Shown here: positions 37,850-49,838 of the stretch, in pieces
How the letters are laid out: every line of letters begins with the position of its first letter
How positions within the stretch are numbered: the stretch's first letter is position 1
Source of the DNA: Macrostomum lignano
Taxonomy: Eukaryota
Direction of reading: 5' to 3'
Assembly: GCA_002269645.1 (NCBI GenBank)
Contig: NIVC01003418.1
Span: 1 to 64,000 of the forward strand
Length of the DNA: 64,000 nt
The notes under the pieces: generated by a model
Told to the model about the DNA's origin: nothing
Seen by the model: the letters and a program-made list of their open reading frames with translations, nothing else
The model's database searches: none
Made by a program: the position numbers and the translations under genes

Positions 37850-38910
37850 ATGTCCGACTCACGTGTGCTCAGGCATCCCTGCGACGGTCAGACCCAAACC
37901 CCGAATAAGCAAAAACAACAGCAGTCTGGAAAGCTCCAGCTCCAGGTGCTCCAGTGCAGCGCGACACTCAGAGAAAGAATCCTGCGCCTCCTGCAGGATA
38001 CACCTGCACTCCAGGTCGCCATCAAGGACACCCGGCCGCGACTAAAAAACCGAGCCTTTGAAAGCCACCAGAGACTACCGAGAGATCCAAAGGACACCGT
38101 CACCGTCCTCCTTGACTACCAGCGAGAGCACCGTGGCTGCTGGCGCCGCGTTAGCCAAGAGCTCGACCGGCATGGACTACTTAACGGCTCTACTAGGGAG
38201 CCCGCACCGCAGTCACAGCCACCATGGCTGACCCATGAAGCCTTCAACTTCGACCTCAATCTGGCAACGCAGTGCAGCCGCAGCCAGCCCCGGAGCCTCC
38301 GCAGTGCGACAGCACTGAGGTACCTCGAGGAGCGCGACTCCCACCCGGCTAGCGCCTGGACCAACGGCTCGGCCGCCGGCGGCACCTCGGACGGCACCAG
38401 TGCAGCGGTGATCATCACCCCATCCTGGGGCCGGGTCGTCACCAGCGCAGCAGGGAACATCTGCAGCAGCACCCAGGCAGAACTACAAGCCATCCTGCTG
38501 GCCATTCAGAACACCAGACAACACCAAAGTATCGACATCTTTACTGACTCCCAGGCAGCCTTACACAGTATCTTGGCGGGCCAGCGCAGCAACAGCGCCA
38601 AGACTACCAGGCCTCCCGAGGAGACTGGAGGTCCTGGTTAACCAGCTCCGTGCCGGCTGCAGCAACCTGGCCGCCGCCACCAGATTCCGGCTCGGCCTGT
38701 CCGACTCCGACATGTGCCCGGACTGCGGAGCACGTGACACCGAGCAACACATCCTGTATGACTGTCCAAGAGGTTTCGCGGCCCGCCCCGGCGAGCAAGA
38801 TGCCCTTCTGGCGGACGCGAGAGCGATTACCGACCTTCTTTCGCAGGTTGGGGCGCATCTAGCGCTCCCGTCCCTCGCAGCATAGCTGACCTCGGGACGC
38901 GCGGTGCAGA

Positions 38911-38966
<56 letters not shown>

Positions 38967-39000
38967 GAGAGAGTGAGAGAGAGAGAGAATCTGGAGAGAG
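37850..39000 (+). mobile_element. 3' fragment of an RNase H-containing non-LTR retrotransposon (I/R1-like), degenerate
   Basis: RNase H motifs WTNGSA, STQAELQAI, IDIFTDSQAAL; in another frame a C-terminal zinc knuckle CPDCGARDTEQHILYDC, then a stop and a (GA)n tail. Confidence 0.8.
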
Positions 39001-39434
39001 AATACGCTAAAGCAGCAACTGCTGCCGAGGTACAGGAGCTTGTCCGAGAAGACATTCTCCGCAAGACAGCGTAAACATCACGGCAACTTCAGGTACTGCC
39101 TGACACAGCTGTCTGCCGATTGCACAAGCATTGGCAAAGTGCGGAATCATGCCGAAGCGATGATCAAATGCATCCGCTACATTGAACAGTATGTCGAGTA
39201 TGACCCCAATCTGCATTGCCCTTACATTGGTATCTAGATGCGACTGTCAAAAGACCTGTCGAATGTAATTGTTGAACATTGCATTCACATCAATTCCGCT
39301 CGTAGATGCACGACTTCCACTACAAGCTTGATGCCCCGGAGCACCGCGCTAAAAAGCGAGAAAAATTGTTGACTGACAGCGAATGGCGGCTAATTTTGAA
39401 CGACTCTGTTGAACTGCTGGCACAATACAGACAT

Positions 39435-39435
<1 letters not shown>

Positions 39436-39477
<42 letters not shown>

Positions 39478-39559
39478 GAACTTCTTCGTCAGCTGGGAGT
39501 CACGGTTAAGAGCAATTATCCAGCAGTAGAATGCGACGACAAAGCCGAAGCTTACTATG

Positions 39560-39591
<32 letters not shown>

Positions 39592-39716
39592 GGTGATGAT
39601 GATGATGGTGATGATGGTGATGATGATGATGATGATGATGGTGATGATGGTGGTGATGATGATGGTGATGATGATGTTGATGATGATGATGGTGATGATG
39701 ATGATGGTGATGATGG

Positions 39717-39751
<35 letters not shown>

Positions 39752-39844
39752 GTGATGATGGTGGTGATGATGATGGTGATGATGATGTTGATGATGATGA
39801 TGATGATTGTGATGATGGTGATAATGATGGTGATGATGATGATA

Positions 39845-39894
<50 letters not shown>

Positions 39895-39916
39895 GATGAT
39901 TGTGATGATGGTGATA

Positions 39917-40000
<84 letters not shown>

Positions 40001-40020
40001 TTGATGATAATAATGGTGAT
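39436..40020. repeat. (CAG)n run and a ~460-bp (GAT/GGT)n trinucleotide array
   Basis: Direct reading; the poly-D/M/I ORFs follow from the triplet period. Confidence 0.95.
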
Positions 40021-40979
40021 CATCACGTCATCACAGCAATGAAGGAGAAGACGAGGAAGCTACTGCGGGATGTTCAGCTTCAACCGGCGGTGCGAGAACG
40101 CAACAGGCTGGCGATTCACGCCAATACACAGCATCCCCAGCGCATTCGGCCATGGATTGGTCTGTGTTGGAGCTACCTGGCAAGTAAACCAGTGAACCAC
40201 AGGTGAACCAGCGAGAACGCCAGACAATCGGCTGCAGCGTTTTATGCCTATCCACACAGTCTGTTCAACCCACCACCCCAATTCATCATGTGGTTGGGGT
40301 GGTGGGTTGCAGGGCTTTTTGGCCTCCCTAGCCCCCCAGTGCTGAGTTGCCAGCTCCAGGTCTAAGTAAGTGCGTTCTTCTGGCTTAATTTTTTTCTGTT
40401 ATCAAAGCCTGAGGGGCAGCGAAAGGTCCGTAGGCGAAAATTTAAGCTGTCAGGCTTCTTACCTGTTTTGTTTGACCAAACCGCTAGCACTGCTATTGAT
40501 AGGTCCATTGAACGGATAAATCCTATTGCACCACTGTTGATTTACAGGTGTCTTTTGGATATCCAAAAAACGAATAGAAAGCAAAAACCACAGAGAGTGG
40601 CATGATGGAGGATAGAAAATGGACTGTTGACAGCGTTATAAAGCTTTCAGCTTGCTCTCACGCCCCGCTCTGCAAAAGTAGAGGAAAGCAAACTGTGCTG
40701 AAACAGAAAAGCAGGTAAAACTTGAGAGTAGCCAAATATCTAGCGAGAAAGCTGGCAGTCACCTATTTTTTAAGATAAAGCAGTGTGATACTGAGGGTAA
40801 CAGCTATAAAAACAAAGAGATCCAGAGCTGTGCTCACAAAGAGGTTGCTTACAGGATGGCTCTGAAGGCTATTTAACGCGAGTCAACTACTACATGTAGA
40901 GCATGCATATAGAGAAGCCTCACTCTACGAGCAAACCACATATTTTAACAAAAACATTTAGATTCATTCTTGACGATCA

Positions 40980-41696
40980 ATGCTGCTGCTGCTGCTGCTG
41001 AGCTGCCAGCTGCTGCAGTCGCAGGCCCTGCTGTGTCCCGCACCGTTCACCATGCAGGCCGGTCTGTGCCTGTTCGTGAGCACAGCTCACAGCTACAGCT
41101 GGTGCTCAGCCAATCGGCAGTGCGCATCGATCGGAGGCGAGCTCGTCAACTCGCACAGCTCCATCCAGCTGTTTCGGAGTGCCAGCATCCCCGGCGCCAG
41201 CTGCAGCTGCAATCTGTGGGTCGGGCTGAGCGACTTTGCAAACGAGAGAAACCGGAGCAGAGACGGCTGGCAGAGGGTCAACGGAAACGGCATCTTCCCG
41301 GAGGACGGCAGCCTGTTTAGTGGCGCTCAACCAACCGGCGGACTCAACTCCGACTGCCTCCGACTGCACAACGGCAGGTACTTGGCTGACTTTCCCTGCA
41401 CGGTGAACTTCGGGTTCGCCTGCGAGTTCGTGGGAGACTCCCGACCGCCGACTGACGGCGTCTGGAGATCCACTGCCTTCAGGCGAGAGAGCTTCAACTC
41501 CGAGTACTGCTTCACCGATGTGCCGAATGTGAGCAGCGATTTTGAGTGCGTTGCAGCCGCTGTGAGTGACGCCATCTGCAGACACGTGCTGTACAACAGC
41601 AAGCTGAGAGCCTGCCGCCTGCTGCTGTTCACCGACGCTCAGGTGGAGGCGGAGATCGAGACGAGCGCCGACTGGGTCAAGTTCCGGCTTGAGTGA
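40980..41696 (+). CDS. Secreted C-type lectin + PAN/Apple-like protein, copy C5 (QPT motif)
   Basis: Intact 238-aa ORF with the same architecture and a divergent CTLD centre. Confidence 0.87.
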   Translation: MLLLLLLSCQLLQSQALLCPAPFTMQAGLCLFVSTAHSYSWCSANRQCASIGGELVNSHSSIQLFRSASIPGASCSCNLWVGLSDFANERNRSRDGWQRVNGNGIFPEDGSLFSGAQPTGGLNSDCLRLHNGRYLADFPCTVNFGFACEFVGDSRPPTDGVWRSTAFRRESFNSEYCFTDVPNVSSDFECVAAAVSDAICRHVLYNSKLRACRLLLFTDAQVEAEIETSADWVKFRLE

Positions 41697-41905
41697 AGAC
41701 AGAAGCCCAGGACTTTATTGAATTACCGAACCGAAACTGCAGATACCAATTTATTAATGAGTTTTTCTCGTTAAGTTAAAATCAATTTCTATTTCGAAAT
41801 ACAATCGGTTCAGTGCATCGCAAAAGAAATCCGAAGTCAACACGCTTTCTTTGATTTCCAAAACAGATTTTGAATTTGCAAAAACAATATTTAAATTACA
41901 GTCAT

Positions 41906-42180
41906 AGGGCGGCCGTAGCCCAGTGGTCTAGCTGTGATGTGCCAGCGGCCCAGGCTCGATTCAAGTGCAATCACATTAACTATTGGCTAAGTTGGAATCT
42001 CGGTTTGGCTCTGTTCGTGCAATTACCGGCCTTTAGGCACAGTGAAGTGTACATGCCTAACGATAAAATAAAGTTAGGGCCGCTGTACACTCCTGTGTGA
42101 GTGTGTGCCTGTGCGTATGATTGCGTACGTATCAGCGCGCTTGTGTGCCTGCTGAGGTCGCAAGTGACCCCTTGCCTCTA
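41906..42180 (+). mobile_element. SINE family 1, degenerate
   Basis: ggcggccgtagcccagtggtc...ggctcgattcaagtgc and the conserved body acagtgaagtgtacatgcctaacgat. Confidence 0.75.
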
Positions 42181-42399
42181 GCCAATACTCTAGTCAATTG
42201 TCATTGTGGGTATAATATTGTTATTAGGAAGAACTGAAGTCATTTCCGAATTTATGCACAGGCAGATCTGCAACATACCCGTAAAACTGTAACTGGCACA
42301 TCAATGCTCTGCAAAGTCGAAAGCAAAATGGGGGAGGGATAAAGCCAAGAATTCATCATGTACATGACTAAATTCCTAAATTTCCATTATTTGAGAATC

Positions 42400-42728
42400 G
42401 TGTTGTCAGCGCGCTCATTTTGGCGCGGCAGGCATTACTTTAGGCGCCGCAGGCACTCATTTTGGCGCCGCAGGCATTACTTTAGGCACCGCAGGCACTC
42501 ATTTTAGCGCCGTAGGCACTCATTTTCGCACCGCAGGCACTCATTTTAGCGCCGTAGGCACCATTTGGCGCCTAAGGCGCTATATTTTGGTGCCCTGTAG
42601 AACAGTTTTTTATTACCACAACGAGTCACAAGGTGGGGTGGGGGGGGGACAAAGCAGTGGCATGTCCCCCCATAGCTTTTACTGGGGGGGGACATGTCCC
42701 GCCTGTCCCCCCGGTGGCTAGGCGCCTG
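42400..42728 (-). mobile_element. Partial hAT-like MITE related to 49839-50883
   Basis: Reverse complement begins caggcgcctagccaccggggggacag...cagtaaaagctatgggggg and carries the same 21-bp gcggcgc repeat. Confidence 0.6.
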
Positions 42729-42960
42729 GTTTAAATAAAGTATAAAAAATAAAAAGCAGCGAAATTAGCAGCTTGGCCCTCCAAGTAGGGCGAGAGCGCC
42801 TATATATATTTGGGCCTTCAGGCCTCAGCCAATCATGTGCGGCCACGTTGGCATAAAAGGCATAAAAGGAGGGGGGAGGTAAGCCGGGGGATGTAGAGTA
42901 CAATAAGTGAGTACAGGGCTGGGGCATGACGCAATAAACTTAATAAGTTAAGTAAGCTTA

Positions 42961-43533
42961 ATTAATAAATATACTTTTTTGCGATCGAATTCGTCCAAAC
43001 TGCAAAACCTTTCGTCCACAAATGCTTTCTTAATGGAGCTGAATTTAGATTCTACCATAGACAACTGTGTTCACGCAAAACGGTTCATCCAGTTTGTAAA
43101 ACATTTCGTCCCCTAGACTAGAGACCGAGTGTACTGTTCCTACCATAGTTAACACCCAATTGACAGTTCGCTTTTGCTACCACTACAGCTACAGCAACGC
43201 ATATCTTCCATTCTGAACCCGGCAAAACAGTCGAAGATGAACCGAGGCCCCTACCATCCAGTGTCAAACGAAGACCGCAGGCGATTAGCCTTGGCTTTAG
43301 ACACTGTTTTTGCTTTGTTCAATATCTCGTGATATCAAATAAAGTCGCTCCGTTTAGCTGTTAGCTGTTTGGACGAAGGGTTTAGACGAAATGTTTTACA
43401 AACTGGATGAACCGTTTTGCGTGAACACAGTTGTCTATGGTATAATCTAAATTTAGCTCCCATTAAGAAAGCGTTAGTGGACGAAAGGTTTTGCAGTTTG
43501 GACGAATTCAATCGCAAAAAAGTATATATTAAT
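42961..43533. mobile_element. MITE with ~150-bp TIRs
   Basis: 42961-43110 is the near-perfect reverse complement of 43385-43533; both arms contain CCATAGAC/GTCTATGG. Confidence 0.8.
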
Positions 43534-44759
43534 ATACCTTTTCAATTTCGAATTCATCAAAAGTGAGTTCGAATTCGTCAGCCATAGCAAATTCAATGCA
43601 GTGGCTCAGCAGCCGCGGCCCAGTAGTCTATGGCCGGCTGGCTCAGAAAGTGAGTTCGAATTCGTCAGCCATAGCAAATTCAATGCAGTGGCTCAGCAGC
43701 CGCGGCCCAGTAGTCTATGGCCGGCTGGCTCAGAAAGTGAGTTCGAATTCGTCAGCCATAGCAAATTCAATGCAGTGGCTCAGCAGCCGCGGCCCAGTAG
43801 TCTATGGCCGGCTGGCTCAGAAAGTGAGTTCGAATTCGTCAGCCATAGCAAATTCAATGCAGTGGCTCAGCAGCTGCGGCCCAGTAGTCTATGGCCGGCT
43901 GGCTCAGAAAGTGAGTTCGAATTCGTCAGCCATAGCAAATTCAATGCAGTGGCTCAGCAGCTGCGGCCCAGTAGTCTATGGCCGGCTGGCTCAGAAAGTG
44001 AGTTCGAATTCGTCAGCCATAGCAAATTCAATGCAGTGGCTCAGCAGCCGCGGCCCAGTAGTCTATGGCCGGCTGGCTCAGAAAGTGAGTTCGAATTCGA
44101 CAGAGTAAGTGAAATTCGTCAGTTCAACATGCGTACATTGATAACAGGCAAAGCACAACAGTAACAGAACAAACAGAACAGGAAAACAGACGAGCGAAAT
44201 CGCGACAAGAATTTAATAGGACCAAATTATCTGACAGTCAATCCAATCAATCAAAAATGTCTGCGCGGGCTAGACATCGCGGTCCGTAACAAAGTGTGAA
44301 TTCGTGTCATTGTCTGCATTTCTCCTCCGTGTTCGCAGCCATTGCAGCTTCCACTTCTCGGCCCAAAATGCGAAGACGCCGGTTCTGCAGGGTCTCACCT
44401 GCCGCTACTGCCGCCTGACGATCATTAACTTCAAAGACGACTTGAGGATCAGTCAAGCGCTGCTTCTGGGCCGCCTTCATGCAAGAAATCGCCATTTCAG
44501 TGGCCTTCAAGAAACATAATTAAGTAAGGTGGCAAGAACTGAAGCTTCTGGTCAAGTTGCCCGAAATTCACAACACCGTGCATGTAAATCTGGGCTAGTT
44601 TTCCACAGATGAAATTCACTCACTTTTACTTAAATTTTCCATAGCCACCATATTTTTGCCATAGACAAAGCAAAGATATTTTCTGATCAGGCTGTATTTG
44701 AACTGACGAATTTCACTTATTCTGTCGAATTCGAACTCATTTTCTGAGGTATATTAATA
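43528..44759. mobile_element. TIR element whose left end is amplified into six 87-bp tandem units (43561-44100)
   Basis: IR tcagaaagtgagttcgaattcgacagagtaagtgaaattcgtcagttcaa vs ttgaactgacgaatttcacttattctgtcgaattcgaactcattttctga; outer attaatatacc/ggtatattaat. Confidence 0.7.
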
Positions 44760-44784
44760 AATTACATCTGCCACAATTGGGCGA

Positions 44785-45067
44785 GATGTGCAACCGACAG
44801 CTCAGCCGCAGCTATTGCGCGGCGCATCTGAAGGCTGCGTACGGCTGTTCCGTCCGTTGACTGGGGGGGGGGGGGGTCGCTACGCACACCCTCAGTTACC
44901 CCAGCTAATGCTGGCACCCATTTTACAGCTTTTCATTTTACTAGCTGAAGCACTGCACAGAGTTGAGTGTCTTGCTCAAGGCCCCGAATTGTTTCAGTGC
45001 GATCGGGAATCGAACCCCCGATCTTTAAGTCGTGAGCCCGACGCTCTAACCACTAGGCTACAACCCC
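44785..45067 (-). mobile_element. tRNA-headed SINE (family 2)
   Basis: Head ggggttgtagcctagtggttagagcgtcgggctcacgac...ggttcgattcccg with A and B boxes, followed by a non-tRNA body. Confidence 0.8.
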
Positions 45068-45265
45068 ACCAGCTCCGCCAGCTTGGTATCAAAGTAAGCT
45101 TAATAAAATCATTAAAGCGCTTAAACTAAAATCCTGCATCGAAACGAAATTGAGAAATGCAAATAAAACAGTAGGCCTACTATTGCTGGATATCAGTAAT
45201 AAATATAGAGTAACATTACATCTGATTAGAAAGTGCATGTAAAATGATACAAGAAGAAGTGTATG

Positions 45266-45895
45266 TTATGCTTGATAAGGAAAAAGGCTAACTCGGTATT
45301 CAGTGCTGTAGTAAAAACTGAAGCGAGCAAGGGTGTATTTTATTTCTTGCCCAGAGAGAGGAAGGGCCTCTCTCTTCTTTCGGGGAAACACACTGCAAGG
45401 AATCCAGGAAGTCCAAAAAAATTCGCTCACGAATTGGGGTCCGTTGTCGCTGATGAGCACCTTGGGAACCTCCCAGCGGTTGAACAGCTTCCTGAGCGCC
45501 CTGCAGATGCTTGACGATGTCACCATCTCGATAGCTGCGATCTCTTTGCCATTTTCTGTGCAGGTCATGCACAACCAGCAGGAATCGCTGATGTGCCACG
45601 GGGCTGCGACAATCTCACCAAAGTTGCCAACCCCAGTCCTTGCCTCAGTCTTGTTCCACGGTTGCTTGGGCCGCTCGACGGGAGTCACATGATTGTCTGT
45701 TGCGTCTTGTCGGACTTTCCGCCAGTATGCAAGCTGGGCAGTTCTTGACATGGTTCTCAACCATAGGCTTCCAGATTCGCCATAGGCTTCCAGCCGTGTG
45801 TCCGATGGCAACAGTGGTTTGTGCCCAAAGTGCTTCTTATGAGTTCAGATTCAAGGGGGGACACCGCAGCTCCGCAATCGATCTGCACTCGGATC
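45266..45895 (-). mobile_element. Degenerate LTR-retrotransposon integrase fragment (Gypsy-like)
   Basis: VENHVKNCPAC (zinc-finger Cys pair, other frame), PVERPKQPW, ICRALRKLFNRWEVPKVLISDNGPQFVSEF; frameshifted. Confidence 0.75.
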
Positions 45896-45935
45896 GTTGG
45901 ATCGAATGAAGCATTTAGTTCATTCTTGGAAATCA

Positions 45936-46586
45936 ATGCTGCAGTCGCAGACCCTGCCGTGTTCGGTACCGTTCACCGTGCAGGCCGGTCTGTGCCTGTT
46001 CGTGAGCACAGCTCACAGCTACAGCTGGTGCTCAGCCAATCGGCAGTGCGCATCGATCGGAGGCGAGCTCGTCAACTCGCACAGCTCCATCAAGAAGTTT
46101 CGAATGGGAGAAATCCCCAGTGTCACCTGCAGCTGCGGCCTGTGGCTCGGACTGAGCGACCTGGCCGATGAGAGAAACCGGAGCAGAGCCGGCTGGCGAA
46201 GGGTCAACGGAAACGGCATCTTCCCGGAGAACAGCATGCCGTCTAGGCAGCCGTCTGGAAGAGACAAATTTCACTGCATGCGATTCACTACTTGCCGTTT
46301 TCTTGCCGATTCGAATTGCAGAAAGAATTTTAGATTCGCCTGCGAGTTCGCGGGCGATGCCCGACCGTCAACTGCCGCCGCCTTCAAGCGAGAGAGTTTC
46401 AACTCCGAGTACTGCTTCGCCGATGTGCCGCATGGGAGCAGCGCTGTTGAGTGCGTTGCAGCCGCTATGATTGACGCCAGCTGCAGACACGTGCTGTACA
46501 ACAGCAAGCTGAGAGCCTGCCGCCTGCTGCTGTTCACCGACGCTCAGGTGGAGGCGGAGATCGAGACGAGGAAAGGTCAAACTTAA
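45936..46586 (+). pseudogene. C-type lectin + PAN copy C6 (QPS motif): signal peptide core deleted, C-terminus frameshifted
   Basis: atgctgcagtcgcag lacks the 30-nt Leu6-SCQL segment present in C5; ends EIETRKGQT* instead of EIETSADWVK; may still be translated. Confidence 0.65.
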
Positions 46587-48408
46587 AATGCTGTGATCAG
46601 CTTCGTCCGACACCATATTGGCTAAATAAAAGCTTTTGCAGTTCTTTCGTCGGTGTTTACAGTCGTAATCAGAAGTTGTTCAAACAATAAAGCCAATACG
46701 AACTTCTAGCAATAATTGGACAGAACTTTAATTCAGCAAGCTCTATTCTAGCCTGCTGATAGCAGTATGCCATTGGAGGTGTGTGAGCCTTTATGCCAGG
46801 CTCTCTGCCTATAGAACTTTCTGAAAAACCACCAGCTGCTTCCTGGCACTAAACCACATGTTTTCATGCTCATAAATTAATAGTCTGGAAAATAGTTGAG
46901 ATTCAACGTGCGTCTAAAAGTGAGGTTCGAACTCATGAGAGTAACTTGATGGAGAATGAGATACGGACTGTTAGCAGCGTTTAAACGTATGCTAAGAGTC
47001 TGCAATTTTAGATTATAACAAAAGCACTCTGTGTAGTTGAAACCAAACAGAAGGAAAAACCTAAAGTAGTTCCAATATTTGCTTTTCGACTCCAGACAAG
47101 CAGGCAGTCACCTGCGAGTCATGTATTTGACTAAAGAGAACTTGCAGTGTGATGGCAAATGTAACAGCTATTAAAACAATAGAGAGGCAGAGCTGTGCTC
47201 ACAAACATTTTGCTTACAGAACGGCTGCAACAGCTATTTACCGTGACTGTTAATGCTTAGAGAAGCCAACTAGAGCAATCATACACAGAAGTCTCACTTA
47301 ACATGCGAAACACGTACGTAATAAAATCAACTCGATCTATTTGAACAAAAGCTGAGTCTGTCATTCTTGGCAATCAATACTGTACGCAGCTGCTGCTGCA
47401 TCTTTGTCTTCCCAAAACGGTTTCTTCCCAGCAGATGTTCACCGCAGTGCATGGATAAAATTAAGACTTTAGGTAGATTGCGAGTGAATATTTGTCGATG
47501 CCCTGAGCACCACCGAATGAAAAGGAAATAGCATTTAGTTTCTATAACCTAAATCGCAAAAAAATATTAGTAGGCTCGACTAAATACATGTACTCGTACT
47601 GTTGTACAAAGAGCGTACATCATAGCAATTAGTGAACCGATGACATCCATTCGCAAGACAGAAACTTTGCCACTTAGTGAATGTGAATTGTCAATCTTCT
47701 AATCCATGCATTCGTTGTCAAATAGAGTATTCCAAAGCGTGATCCCGACACTGCCGAATGTCTTTTACTCATTCCGCTGACTCCTAAGCGCGCACACGGA
47801 CATGCGTAAGCACAGGCACAAACTCTCAGAGTGTGAATGGCAAGTTTTGACTTTCTTCACTAATATAAAATAATGATGTTCACAAAAGACGCGACTGTTA
47901 AATGATTTGGCCTTGCTACACCGCTGACACAGCAACCCAGCGACATCAATTTAGCCAACAAGACTGAGGTTAATAGTAGACAGATTGTCATATTAAGAGT
48001 ATATAGTAAAATTTTACACATAAATATTTGCGCCAGAAAGGCATTTTTACTCACCTTTAGCGTCTTAATGTAGCCCTATAAGTGTTGAAGAAACCAGCCA
48101 CCTGCCAAGATTTGAATAATCAGACCGGACAGACGGATTCGGGTTCGAGAAAGAAGCCTCAATGGCTAGATGGACTTGAGCGTTAATCCAATGAGAGCAG
48201 GGAGCGGAGCAGGCAGGGGTATAAGATCGGCTATTTAAGCTGCGCCCGACGCTGGCTGGATGCGTTTTAATTTACAGTTGAGGTCGCCAGAGTTGCGCCT
48301 TGAGCATTGGTAACGTTTGCACGGTAGTAAAGGAACATTACCCATAGAAACTATTTTCGAATTCGGAAAACAGCAGAAGAGCATCCGATCTAGAATTTGC
48401 GAACATCA

Positions 48409-49140
48409 ATGATGCAGCCATTGTTGCTGCTGCTGCTCCTGCTGAGATGCCAGCTGCTGCAGTCGCAGGGCCTGCCGTGTCCCGCACCGTTCACCGTGCA
48501 GGCCGGTCTGTGCCTGTTCGTGAGCACAGCTCAAAGCCACAGCTGGTGCTCAGCCAATCGGCAGTGCGCATCGATCGGAGGCGAGCTCGTCAACTGGCAC
48601 AGCTCCATCCAGAAGTTTCTAAGGGGGGAAATCCCCATTGCCATTCGCACCTGCGAACTGTGGGTCGGACTGAGCGACCTGGCCGATGAGAGAAACCGGA
48701 GCAGAGCCGGCTGGCAGAGGGTCAACGGAAACGGAATCTTCCCGGAGGACAGCAGCCTGTTTTACACCACTGATCCGAATGGTGGAGATACCAACAACTG
48801 TCTCCGACTGTTTCATGGTGTAACCCTGGCTGACTCGAACTGCAAAGCGAACTTCGGGTTCGCCTGCGAGTTCGCGGGCGATGCCCGACCGCCAACCGCC
48901 GGCGTCTGGACGGCCGCTGCCTTCAAGCGAGAGAGCTTCAACTCCGAGTACTGCTTCACCGATGTGCCGAATGTGAGCAGCGATTTTGAGTGCGTTGCAG
49001 CCGCTATGATTGACGCCAGCTGCAGACACGTGCTGTACAACAGCAAGCTGAGAGCCTGCCGCCTGCTGCTGTTCACCGACGCTCAGGTGGAGGCGGAGAT
49101 CGAGACGCGCGCCGACTGGGTCAAGTTCCGACTTGAGTGA
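48409..49140 (+). CDS. Secreted C-type lectin + PAN/Apple-like protein, copy C7 (DPN motif)
   Basis: Intact ORF from MMQPLLLL; same architecture. Confidence 0.87.
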   Translation: MMQPLLLLLLLLRCQLLQSQGLPCPAPFTVQAGLCLFVSTAQSHSWCSANRQCASIGGELVNWHSSIQKFLRGEIPIAIRTCELWVGLSDLADERNRSRAGWQRVNGNGIFPEDSSLFYTTDPNGGDTNNCLRLFHGVTLADSNCKANFGFACEFAGDARPPTAGVWTAAAFKRESFNSEYCFTDVPNVSSDFECVAAAMIDASCRHVLYNSKLRACRLLLFTDAQVEAEIETRADWVKFRLE

Positions 49141-49320
49141 AGACAGAAGCGCAGGACCTTGAATTACCGACCCGAAACTGATGAGATTTTCTCTCGCCAA
49201 TTAAAAATCAAATTCCATCTCAAAATACGATGGGTTCCATGCATCGCAAAAGAAATCCGAAGTCCTACGCATTCCTTTGAGTTACAAACAGATTTTGAAT
49301 TTGAAATTACATGGGAAGCA

Positions 49321-49627
49321 CAGTCGGTGGTCCAGGCGGTCCAGACTCGATTTCAAGTGCAGTGAATTAATTTGGGGGTTAAATTGGAGTCCCAGCTTGG
49401 CTCTGCTCGTGCAATTAACTCCCAGCTTGATGGCCAACCCCTAAGACACAGTGAAGTGTACATGCGTAACGATTAAGTTAGGGTCGCTATGCACTCCTGT
49501 GTGAGTGTGTGCCTGTGCGTATGACTGCGTACTGCTTGTGTGCCTGCTCAGGGGAGTCGGCGGAATGGGCAGTAATGCCTCTCGCCGGTTGTGTGACAAT
49601 TTCGACTTAAGAGCCCCCTGCCTCTAA
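49321..49627 (+). mobile_element. SINE family 1, degenerate head
   Basis: Body matches 27380-27745 through cccctgcctcta plus an A tail. Confidence 0.75.
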
Positions 49628-49838
49628 AAAAAATAAACATAAAAAGCACAGTAATCTTATTGCTGCAAATGAGCAACATGCATGTAAAATGTAACTGATG
49701 ACCCCTGCAATACTCTCAAGTTAAAATCTTTGCATAAAAAAGAAATTGAGACTTGCAATTAAACAGTGGACATGTACTACTGCTGCATGTGAGTAATAAA
49801 TATAGAGTAACAATGTATCTGATTAGACATGCAGTTAT

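Noticed and set aside
43561-44100. 87-bp repeats (and 58945-59210, 13440-13662) as a CRISPR array or coding repeat
   Set aside because: Units are contiguous and identical with no unique spacers, there are no cas genes, the context is eukaryotic, and the array lies within a TIR element.
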